Assembly: GCA_965249575.1 (NCBI GenBank)
Contig: OZ252244.1
Span: 2,208,001 to 2,272,000 of the forward strand
DNA: 64,000 bases
Reading direction: 5' to 3'
From: Gemmatimonadales bacterium
GTDB lineage: Bacteria > Gemmatimonadota > Gemmatimonadetes > Gemmatimonadales > GWC2-71-9
A model generated the notes under the pieces. It was not told the origin of the DNA. It made no database searches and saw only the letters and a list, made by a program, of their open reading frames with translations. Below, piece by piece: positions 1 through 7,802 of the stretch. Each line of letters opens with the position of its first letter. Position 1 is the first letter of the stretch. Made by a program: the position numbers and the translations under genes.

Positions 1-1035
1 TTCTTGGAACCACTGCGCTCCGACCGGCTGGATGTCGTTCCGCTCGACGTACGGCAGGCATCGGCGGTGCGGGACGTCATGCGCGACCACGAGGTCGCGT
101 TGAGTGCGGTTCCCTACTACTACAACTACGATCTGACGCGCTTGGCGGTCGACGCGGGGATTCACTTCGCTGACCTGGGAGGAAATACCGATACCGTGCG
201 CCGCCAAGAGCAGCTTACGTCCGCGGCCGCGGCGGAGGGGATCAGCGTTATTCCCGATTGTGGTGTCGCGCCAGGAATGATCAACATCCTCGCTGTCGAG
301 GCGATGAGCCGCCTCAGCGAGGTCGACGCTGTGCGGCTCTATGCCGGCGGGCTACCCCGCCACCCTCGCCCGCCGCTGAACTACGCGGTTGTGTATTCGT
401 TGCACGGCGTCTTGGATTACTATACCACTCCGTCGTGGGTGCTCGAGGGTGGCCGGGCGATTCGCATTCCGGCCCTCTCGGGAATCGAACGCGTGGAGCT
501 AAGAAAGCCCCTGGGCAGCTTAGAGGCGTTTCACACCGCCGGCGGTCTCTCGACCATGCCGTGGAAGCTCGAGGGAAGAGTCGAGTCGCTGGAATACAAG
601 ACCCTGCGCTACCCCGGGCATGCGGCGATCATGCGGGCGATTCGCGACCTTGGACTGCTCGACGAGGAGGCGATCGAAGTGGAGGGGCAGTCGGTGCGGC
701 CGCGAGACGTCTTTATCGCCGCTGCCGGACCCAAGCTACGAAGCGAAGATCCGGAAGACGTCGTGGCGGTCAAAGTCATCGCCGAAGGTGTCAGCTCTGG
801 CGAAAGACGGCGCGTCGTGCTCTCGATGGTCGACGTGTTCGACACGGCAACCGGCATCAGCGCAATGATGCGAACCACCGGGTACTCGCTGTCCATCACT
901 GGGCAGATGCAGGTATCCGGACAAGTCGGCCCGCCGGGCGTTCGGGCGGCGTACGAGGCCGTGCCCTACCGGCCGTACGTGGACGCGCTCCGCGCAAGGG
1001 GGATCTTGGTCGAAGAGGAACAGACGGGAGGCTGA
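1..1035 (+). CDS. Saccharopine dehydrogenase / lysine 6-dehydrogenase family protein (5' end outside window)
   Basis: Motifs DLGG, DCGVAPGM, GGLP, LEAFHT, YKTLRYPGH, AMMRTTG; the N-terminal Rossmann GxG motif is missing, so the gene starts before base 1. Confidence 0.85.
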   Translation, partial: FLEPLRSDRLDVVPLDVRQASAVRDVMRDHEVALSAVPYYYNYDLTRLAVDAGIHFADLGGNTDTVRRQEQLTSAAAAEGISVIPDCGVAPGMINILAVEAMSRLSEVDAVRLYAGGLPRHPRPPLNYAVVYSLHGVLDYYTTPSWVLEGGRAIRIPALSGIERVELRKPLGSLEAFHTAGGLSTMPWKLEGRVESLEYKTLRYPGHAAIMRAIRDLGLLDEEAIEVEGQSVRPRDVFIAAAGPKLRSEDPEDVVAVKVIAEGVSSGERRRVVLSMVDVFDTATGISAMMRTTGYSLSITGQMQVSGQVGPPGVRAAYEAVPYRPYVDALRARGILVEEEQTGG

Positions 1036-1063
1036 TGCGCCTGCCGCGAGCACTAGGGGGAGC

Positions 1064-2248
1064 TTACAGGGGCCAGCGGCTATTTACGTGAAACACCGTG
1101 CCGTCGGGCCCATAGCCTACGGTCGTCCCGAGCACGCCGGCGCGGGTCATTTGGACGAACAGGCCGATCCCGCCGCCCCACTCGAGACCGTCGGTCGTTA
1201 GCCGGAAGCTCTCTCCCTCGAAGACGCGTCCCGCGTCGAGAAACCCGAGCACGGTAACGCGGGCCGCTCGACGAATGTTGAGCAGATGGTATCGCAGGTC
1301 GACGTTCCCCAGGAGCTTGTGTCGGCCCAGAAACCGATTCTGGGCAAGCGCGCGATGCGAGTTCTTGCCACCGAGGCCGGTAAACGGTCGGTCAGACGTC
1401 TCGATGAGTTGCAGCGAGCCAACTCCAGGCGTGCCCCCCATCCTTTGCCCGACCACACGCCCGGCCAGGACGACTTGGTTCCCCGCCGGGACGTAGGCGG
1501 CGGCGCTCACGGTGGTTCGGGTGTAGGTCAAATCCCCCGCGAAGTCCGCGTCGGCAACGGCGTGAATCACTTGCAGAAACACCCCGCGGTTCGTCGAGAC
1601 TTCGTCGTCGCGGGTGTCGAACACGACTCCGAACCGTCCAGCCACGTCGTTCGTGTTTGCCCCGATGGTGGGATCGATACCACTCGTCAAATCCGAGGCC
1701 AACACGCTCGGCCCCGAGCGGGGCTCGAGCCTCCACCGCTCGGCGTGTATTCCCGCCAAGATTCGCAAACCTCCGACGATACGACGCTGGACTTCGCCCC
1801 TGGCGAGCAGACGCACGTCGTTCATCCGGTAGAAATCGGGCTGTGCCGAGGTGACGTTCGCGTCGTCGAAGGTGGTGGCGCTCCCGATGCCGAAGTAATT
1901 CTCCTTCGCCTGCCGGTCCGCCCGAAGGGTGAGGACCCCCCTCCAGCCATCGAAGAACTGCGGAAAGCGGCTGTCGAGTGTGAGAGATCTACTGCCTCCC
2001 GTCGATATCTGTCCGTCGATCGCGATGGCCGCGGCGTACGGCGGCGCGAGATCCCAGTCTTCGAACGAGAGTTGCTTGATGAAGCCGAGATACGCGCCGA
2101 TCGTGAAGCCGTCCCGGGGGCTCCAGAAGAGCTTGGGATAGTTGATGTCAATCCAAGGCGATCCCGGCGGCAGAATGCGGGGCAGCTGGGCATTGGCGGC
2201 TGTGGGCGCGGCGGCGAGCAATGCGACAAGGACAATCGGTGACCGCAA
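1064..2248 (-). CDS. Omp85/BamA-TamA-like beta-barrel outer membrane protein (no evident POTRA domains)
   Basis: Signal peptide (AANA/Q), YFGIG, FDTRDD..RG, NRFLG, FLDAGRVF and GGGIG motifs typical of Omp85 barrels. Confidence 0.75.
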   Translation of the reverse strand: MRSPIVLVALLAAAPTAANAQLPRILPPGSPWIDINYPKLFWSPRDGFTIGAYLGFIKQLSFEDWDLAPPYAAAIAIDGQISTGGSRSLTLDSRFPQFFDGWRGVLTLRADRQAKENYFGIGSATTFDDANVTSAQPDFYRMNDVRLLARGEVQRRIVGGLRILAGIHAERWRLEPRSGPSVLASDLTSGIDPTIGANTNDVAGRFGVVFDTRDDEVSTNRGVFLQVIHAVADADFAGDLTYTRTTVSAAAYVPAGNQVVLAGRVVGQRMGGTPGVGSLQLIETSDRPFTGLGGKNSHRALAQNRFLGRHKLLGNVDLRYHLLNIRRAARVTVLGFLDAGRVFEGESFRLTTDGLEWGGGIGLFVQMTRAGVLGTTVGYGPDGTVFHVNSRWPL

Positions 2249-2251
2249 GGC

Positions 2252-3295
2252 CTATGGCTCCTCGTACAGATGCGCGCAGTCGTAGTGCGACGCGCTCTGC
2301 CCGTCCCAGGCAGCGTAGCGGCGGGGGTAGATCGAGCCCGCGCCGAAATCGCCGTTCTTGCTGACGGCGTAGAAGTTGAGGCTGAAGTGAGGGCGCCCGC
2401 GCTCGTTGAGGAGTCTGGGCTCGGTCTTGGAGACCACCCGCCGGAGCGTCTCCAGGGCCGCATCGGCGGGCTTCAGGCCGCGTCGCATGTTCTCGACCGT
2501 GAGAAACGCCCCACAGACCAAGATGTTCGCCTCACCCCGTCCCGTCGAGCCGGCCGCGCCGACGTCGTTGTCGGTATATTGCCCGGCCCCGATGATCGGG
2601 GAGTCGCCCGCCCGGCCTGGAATCTTCCAGGCCAATCCGCTGGTCGTCGTGACCGACGAGATATCACCCGTCGGGCTTACTACGTTGAGGTTGATCGCGC
2701 CCGTGGGCCGTGCCACCATCGATTCGTCTTCGGGGACGTCCAGCCAATCGTCCTCGCGGCCGCGATTGGCTCGCCAGCTGAGCCAACGCTCCCGGGATTG
2801 GTCCGTCATCAGGTCTTCTTCCTCGAACCCATACGATAGCGCGAAGCGCTTCGCGCCTTCACCGACCAACATGATGTGGTCGGTGTACAAGAGGACGTAC
2901 TTCGCCACGACGCTGGGTGTCTTGATCCCCTCCAGGGCGGCGACTGCCCCTGCTCGACGCTTCGGGCCGTGCATGCACGAAGCGTCGAGCTGGACCACGC
3001 CGCGTTCGTTCGGCAGCCCCCCGTAGCCAACCGAGGAGTCCTCGGGATCCAGTTCCTGGACCTTGACGCCCTCGACCGCCGCGTCCAGCGTGTCGGTGCC
3101 CGTGGCTATCAGCATGCCGGCGCGCTCGACCGCTTTGAGGCCGTTCTCGGATGCAATTGCCACGGGGCTCGCCGGCGGTCGGACGTGCACCGCCGGAGCC
3201 GCCATGCCGCTGGATACGTGTCCGCCAAGGGCCGCCCCCGCGGCCAAGCCGGAGGCCGTGCCGACGAATTCGCGGCGCGAAAGGTGATCCGGCAC
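2252..3295 (-). CDS. Tat-exported N(4)-(beta-N-acetylglucosaminyl)-L-asparaginase / isoaspartyl peptidase (Ntn hydrolase)
   Basis: SRREF twin-Arg signal; SVGYGGLPN, LDASCM, TTTSG, GRAGDSPIIGAG, TGRGE motifs; GTG start at 3295 with GGAGAGG RBS. Confidence 0.85.
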   Translation of the reverse strand: MPDHLSRREFVGTASGLAAGAALGGHVSSGMAAPAVHVRPPASPVAIASENGLKAVERAGMLIATGTDTLDAAVEGVKVQELDPEDSSVGYGGLPNERGVVQLDASCMHGPKRRAGAVAALEGIKTPSVVAKYVLLYTDHIMLVGEGAKRFALSYGFEEEDLMTDQSRERWLSWRANRGREDDWLDVPEDESMVARPTGAINLNVVSPTGDISSVTTTSGLAWKIPGRAGDSPIIGAGQYTDNDVGAAGSTGRGEANILVCGAFLTVENMRRGLKPADAALETLRRVVSKTEPRLLNERGRPHFSLNFYAVSKNGDFGAGSIYPRRYAAWDGQSASHYDCAHLYEEP

Positions 3296-3466
3296 AGTGA
3301 GCCTCTCCGCGTGAGTTGATGCTGTGACTGGTTCCCCGGGCAGAGCCGAATTAAACCGATGTCGACACGGCATTGTCAACTTGATTCGCCGAATCGGCGG
3401 GCCTACGTTGCGGATTGTGTGGATTACCGCGTTCCAGACGGCGCGGCCCGTCGCGCCCGCCCTCCC

Positions 3467-4195
3467 GTGAGCCTCGCTGAGCCGCTGGTTTCGCTCGTCT
3501 TACCCGTATACAACGAGCGGGAGAGCCTGGCACCGGTCCTCGACGAGCTTGCCGGCGCCCTCGACGGATGTGACTACGAGGTCATTGCGGTCGACGACGC
3601 CTCAACCGACGGGTCGCTCGAAGAGTTGCGCCGCCTGCGCGACGCCACGCCTACGCTCCGAGTGCTCACCCTCACACCTCACGCTGGACAGAGTGCCGCG
3701 TTCGTCGCGGGGTTCGACGCTGCCCGCGGCCAGGTGGTGGTTACGATGGATGCCGACGGCCAGTACGACCCTCGGGATGCACTCCGCTTAATGGCCGCCC
3801 TGATCGCCGCCGATGGGTGCGACGCGATCGTTGGCTATCGCGAACGCCGCGCTGATAATCGTTGGAAGCGACTGCAGAGCGCGATCGCGAACAGGTGCCG
3901 TGACCGAATCACTGGAGACCGGGTTCGGGATACGGGTTGTTCGCTCAGGGCAATCCGGCGGGACGTGTTGCAGCGACTCCCGCGCTTCCGAGGGATGCAC
4001 CGGTTTCTGCCAACCCTCATCCGGCACGCAGGCGGGCGCGTCGAGGAGCTTGCGGTGTCCCACCGAGTGAGGGCGCACGGCCGCAGCCATTATGGCATGG
4101 TCAACCGGTTCACGGCCCCCCTGCGGGACGCGCTTGGGGTACGCTGGCTCCGACAGCGGGCGCTGCGGTACACATGCCACGAGGCTAGCTCCTGA
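3467..4195 (+). CDS. Glycosyltransferase family 2 (polyprenol-phosphate GT, ArnC/DPM-like)
   Basis: LPVYNE, VDDASTDGS, MDADGQYDP, DTGCSLRA, HRFLP motifs; GTG start inferred. Confidence 0.88.
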   Translation: MSLAEPLVSLVLPVYNERESLAPVLDELAGALDGCDYEVIAVDDASTDGSLEELRRLRDATPTLRVLTLTPHAGQSAAFVAGFDAARGQVVVTMDADGQYDPRDALRLMAALIAADGCDAIVGYRERRADNRWKRLQSAIANRCRDRITGDRVRDTGCSLRAIRRDVLQRLPRFRGMHRFLPTLIRHAGGRVEELAVSHRVRAHGRSHYGMVNRFTAPLRDALGVRWLRQRALRYTCHEASS

Positions 4196-4196
4196 G

Positions 4197-5255
4197 ATGG
4201 GGCGACGTCAGCGTCTCGATCCCTCGATCTTCAACTTGCCCGTCGAGCGGATGCGGGACGGCTACTACTCCGACAAGTATTTCGTGCGGGCGAGGGAGGT
4301 GCTCCTGGCCGATCGACACCGGCCTCGTGTCATGGTGCAGGTGTTCGGTAAGACCAGCGCTTTTCTTGGCGGTATCGATGAGGCGATCGCCATCCTGAAG
4401 CTGTGTTCCCTGTCGTGGAGCGATCTGACCGTGCACGCGCTCTACGACGGCGACGAGACGAAGCCCTGGGAAACGGTGCTGACGATCGAGGGCCCCTACG
4501 ACGCCTTCGCCAACCTCGAGACCCTGTACCTGGGCGTGCTCGCTCGGCGAACGCGCGTCGGGACCAATACCCGCCAGGTAGTGGACGCGGCCAAGCCAAG
4601 GGATGTCATGTTCTTTCCCGCTCGGCACGACCACTGGCTGGTGCAGGCGGGCGATGGCTATGCGGCCCACGTTGCGGGGGCTATCGGCGTCTCCACTGAT
4701 GCCCAGGCGTCGTGGTGGGGCAGTGAGGGGGTCGGTACGGTCCCGCACGCGATGATTGCGGCGTACGGGGGCGACACCGCCCTCGCGGCACAGAAATTCG
4801 CCACGTATATGCCCGAACACGTCCGCCTCATCACACTGGTCGATTTCGACAACGACTCCGTGGGAACCTCGCTGGCAGTGGCCCGCGCACTCGGTGAGAG
4901 GCTCTATGGGGTTCGGCTCGACACATCGGAGACCCTTGTCGATCGATCGATCATCCCTCAGATGGGGCGCGTCAAGCCCACTGGAGTCAACCCGGAGCTG
5001 GTCCGCGGTGTGCGCCGGGCACTCGACGCGGAAGGATTCGGCCACGTCAAGATCGTGGTGTCGGGGGGGTTCACCGTGGAAAAAATCAGGGCTTTTGAGG
5101 AGGAGCGGGTACCCGTCGATATCTACGGGGTTGGCTCCTCGCTCTTCCGAGGCCGGTTCGACTTCACTGCTGACGTCGTCATGGTCGATGGCCGCCGATG
5201 TGCCAAAGTCGGTCGTGACCTCCAAACAAATCCCAGGCTGGAAGTCGTCACCTAA
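4197..5255 (+). CDS. pncB: Nicotinate phosphoribosyltransferase (NAPRTase/QAPRTase family)
   Basis: YSDKYF, GTVPHA, LVDFDND, GVRLDTS, SGGF, YGVGS, FTADVV, AKVGR motifs. Confidence 0.8.
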   Translation: MGRRQRLDPSIFNLPVERMRDGYYSDKYFVRAREVLLADRHRPRVMVQVFGKTSAFLGGIDEAIAILKLCSLSWSDLTVHALYDGDETKPWETVLTIEGPYDAFANLETLYLGVLARRTRVGTNTRQVVDAAKPRDVMFFPARHDHWLVQAGDGYAAHVAGAIGVSTDAQASWWGSEGVGTVPHAMIAAYGGDTALAAQKFATYMPEHVRLITLVDFDNDSVGTSLAVARALGERLYGVRLDTSETLVDRSIIPQMGRVKPTGVNPELVRGVRRALDAEGFGHVKIVVSGGFTVEKIRAFEEERVPVDIYGVGSSLFRGRFDFTADVVMVDGRRCAKVGRDLQTNPRLEVVT

Positions 5256-5520
5256 CTGTTGGCGGGGCTGAGCACTGTTGGGACAGCGCAACAAGGGCCC
5301 TGTTGTGGGTTGGCGACGGGGCGGAGCACCATTCGAAACTCCTTGTATTCAGTAACAATTCCCGGCTGGGCTGGGCTCCAACGGCCCACGCGAGGCCTGT
5401 CGAGGAGGGCACCCGTCTTGCATTGTGGGTCATCAGCGAGGGGAGGTCTAGTCATCCCCGTACAATGGGGTGGCTGGCCCCGTCTTGACAAGCGCCGAAC
5501 CACCGGCAGGTTCGACAGAG

Positions 5521-5555
5521 GGGAGCGCGAGGCCGCCTGGGGCGGTCTCGCTCCC
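5521..5555 (+). promoter_or_regulatory. Strong GC hairpin immediately upstream of the precursor-peptide RBS
   Basis: GGGAG-CG-CGAGGCCGCC-TGG-GGCGGTCTCG-CTCCC inverted repeat; GGAGAG RBS at 5565-5570; TTGACA at 5485-5490. Confidence 0.45.
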
Positions 5556-5574
5556 AACATTCGTGGAGAGCGCC

Positions 5575-5742
5575 ATGACCGATTTACATTCGCCTGGGTC
5601 TCAGGGTGAGGACATCGGTGCCGAAAAGCACCCATGGATTACACCGAAGGTTACTGAGCTGCCCCGCCTGACCGATCTGACGCTGTTTACCGGCAATCCG
5701 ATCGACGGCGACGGGGGGACCGGCGGAACGACCGTATTCTAG
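5575..5742 (+). CDS. Putative RiPP precursor peptide (55 aa) with lasso-type leader
   Basis: RBS GGAGAG then ATG; leader WITPKVTELPRLTDLT resembles the (Y/W)xxPxL...T RRE-binding leader; Gly/Asp/Thr-rich tail; 11 nt upstream of the radical SAM gene. Confidence 0.75.
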   Translation: MTDLHSPGSQGEDIGAEKHPWITPKVTELPRLTDLTLFTGNPIDGDGGTGGTTVF

Positions 5743-5753
5743 ACCAGGTTGCC

Positions 5754-6551
5754 TTGATCCAAATCAGACGTCCCATGCTGCTCGGGTTCGCGGTCACCGA
5801 GCACTGCAATCTCCGTTGCTCGCACTGCATCCGCGACGACGTCACCACCGTTCGCTCGCTCGAGGTGGACCTCATCGAGTCGGTGGTGAGTCAGGGTGTA
5901 GCGCTCTACGGATCTGTGGTTGCCAGCCTCACTGGTGGGGAGCCGCTGCTCCATCCGGAGTTTCGCCGCATCGTGGAGATCTTCGCCGAGCGTTCGATTC
6001 CTTATCGCTTCGTGAGTAACGGGTGGCACCTCAAGCGCATCCTCCCGCTGCTCGAACGGTATCCGCCCCAGGCCGTGCGATTGAGCCTCTCCGGCGCGAC
6101 CGAGGAGGTGCACGACGCCGAGCGGGGTAAGGGGAGCTTCAGGCGCGTGCTGATGAGCGTTGCCCTGCTTGCCAGCCGGCAGATCCCGGCCTATCTCTCG
6201 ATCGTCATCGATCGGCGTGATAGGCATCAGCTGAGGGAGGCCGCAGATCTTGCAGAGTCTCTCGGATGCCTCGGTATCAATTTCATTCTGCCTCAGCCGA
6301 CGCCCGGCAGCGCGGCACGGGACAGTGACTTGCCGCCGCAGGATTGGTGGCCCGCCGCCCGGACGTCTCAACTCACCAACCGCATGGAGACCGACGCGCA
6401 GCCCGCGTGGTTGCCCGATGGCAGGGTAGTGTACACTTCGTGGGAGAACGGCCAGGCGAGATTGCGTTGGCTGGATCCGAGTCAACCCGACTTGGTGAAC
6501 GACATCGACGTTGGAGCGGGCACGCCCGGGCACCCGTTCGGGGCGTTGTAG
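5754..6551 (+). CDS. Radical SAM protein (peptide-maturase-like), no SPASM domain, TolB/PD40-like C-terminus
   Basis: CNLRCSHC (CxxxCxxC), TGGEPLLHP, SNG, SLSG...HDAERGKGSF motifs; last ~65 aa look like a beta-propeller repeat. Confidence 0.8.
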   Translation: MIQIRRPMLLGFAVTEHCNLRCSHCIRDDVTTVRSLEVDLIESVVSQGVALYGSVVASLTGGEPLLHPEFRRIVEIFAERSIPYRFVSNGWHLKRILPLLERYPPQAVRLSLSGATEEVHDAERGKGSFRRVLMSVALLASRQIPAYLSIVIDRRDRHQLREAADLAESLGCLGINFILPQPTPGSAARDSDLPPQDWWPAARTSQLTNRMETDAQPAWLPDGRVVYTSWENGQARLRWLDPSQPDLVNDIDVGAGTPGHPFGAL

Positions 6552-6571
6552 GGACCCCAGCCAGGACTTGC

Positions 6572-6838
6572 GTGCGACACGACACCTACACGATCCCGGA
6601 CGATGTGATGGCAGCCGAGCTCGAGGGCGAGGCGGTGCTCCTGCATTTGAAAACCAAGCGGTACTACCGCTTGAACGCGACGGCCGCTGCCGTCTGGAAG
6701 GGAATTCAGGCAAACCTCGATCGCGCAGCTCTCTTGGAAGAACTGGCCAAACAGTTCGAGTTCGACCCGGCAACCGCGGAGAGTGATCTCGATCGCCTCC
6801 TGGGTGACCTCCTCGAGAAGGGACTGATCGCGACGTGA
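6572..6838 (+). CDS. PqqD family / RiPP recognition element (RRE), stand-alone
   Basis: 88 aa; GEAVLL...YYRLNATAAAVW...DLDRLLGDLLEKGLI fits the PqqD consensus; AGGA RBS before the GTG. Confidence 0.9.
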   Translation: MRHDTYTIPDDVMAAELEGEAVLLHLKTKRYYRLNATAAAVWKGIQANLDRAALLEELAKQFEFDPATAESDLDRLLGDLLEKGLIAT

Positions 6839-7034
6839 GCTGTCTTCGCTGAACGAATCAGTTGAGAGGTCTGCTTACGAGCTCGTAACCCGCGACCGGC
6901 TCGCCCTCGAGATCGACCCGGGACTACTCGACCTGGCGACAACCTGGATTCCTCTTCACGCCCCCGCAGCCCCGTCGGGCTCACGGAACCGACCCACCAT
7001 AGTCCTGAACCGAGCTGCCCCCCCGCGGGTCGCA

Positions 7035-7802
7035 GTGCCCGGGCGCGCGGCTACGTTCACGCTCGGTTCGGTGCGTGCCTGGGTCGATGACGGTGACTCG
7101 TGCCTTCTGCTCGGGAGCGCGGGTTGCGTCGGCCGGGTCGTCCGCGAGGAGGCACGCGCTACCCTCATCGTTCCGCCGGAGGTGATCAAGCAGGCCGTCA
7201 GCGACGTCTACGCTCTGTTGACGATATCCTCGGCACTTCTCATAGGCGGGTTGGGTGGTGCGCTGATACATGCCGGGGCGGTGGTCCACCCGACGGGTGG
7301 CGCGTGGTTGCTCGTAGGCGACAGCCACTCGGGGAAGTCCACTACCTGCGCCGGGTTGATACGGGCTGGCTGGGGGTTCCTCTCCGATGACCACGTCGTC
7401 CTGTTGCCAACGGGCGCGGGGATTGAGCTAGAGGGCTGGTTGAGGCCGTTCCACCTCGATGAAGGGTGGGAGGCGGGCGAGATCCGCGGACGCCGAACGA
7501 CCGTCGATCCCGATCGCCTGGCTCCCGGACGTTGGAGGCGAACCGGTTCGCTCGCCGGATTTCTCGTGACTGAGGTCCGGCCGAACGTCCCGACTCGCCT
7601 CGAACGGTTGGCCCGGGCGGACGGGCTTGCGAGCCTCATAAGGCAGTCCCCGTGGCTCTTGACCGATCGAGTCAGCGCGAACTCGGGGCTCCCGTTCTTG
7701 ACGAGCGTCGCTGCAGGTCCCTGCTTCGCCCTGCGGCTCGGCAAGGATACGTACGGCGCCCCAGAGCGACTGAGCGCCGTTCTCGACGCTCTCCCCGCCT
7801 AG
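7035..7802 (+). CDS. HPr kinase-related (lasso/RiPP-associated type) kinase; true start probably upstream, near 6835-6850
   Basis: HAGAV...LLVGDSHSGKSTT...GWGFLSDD (His, Walker A, DD signature); the frame is open without stops from 6828. Confidence 0.8.
   Translation: MPGRAATFTLGSVRAWVDDGDSCLLLGSAGCVGRVVREEARATLIVPPEVIKQAVSDVYALLTISSALLIGGLGGALIHAGAVVHPTGGAWLLVGDSHSGKSTTCAGLIRAGWGFLSDDHVVLLPTGAGIELEGWLRPFHLDEGWEAGEIRGRRTTVDPDRLAPGRWRRTGSLAGFLVTEVRPNVPTRLERLARADGLASLIRQSPWLLTDRVSANSGLPFLTSVAAGPCFALRLGKDTYGAPERLSAVLDALPA

Noticed and set aside
258..2242. Long overlapping or antisense ORFs (e.g. 258..1091, 1286..2242, and similar ones throughout the window)
   Set aside because: Arg/Pro-rich and motif-less; expected in high-GC DNA on or opposite well-supported genes.
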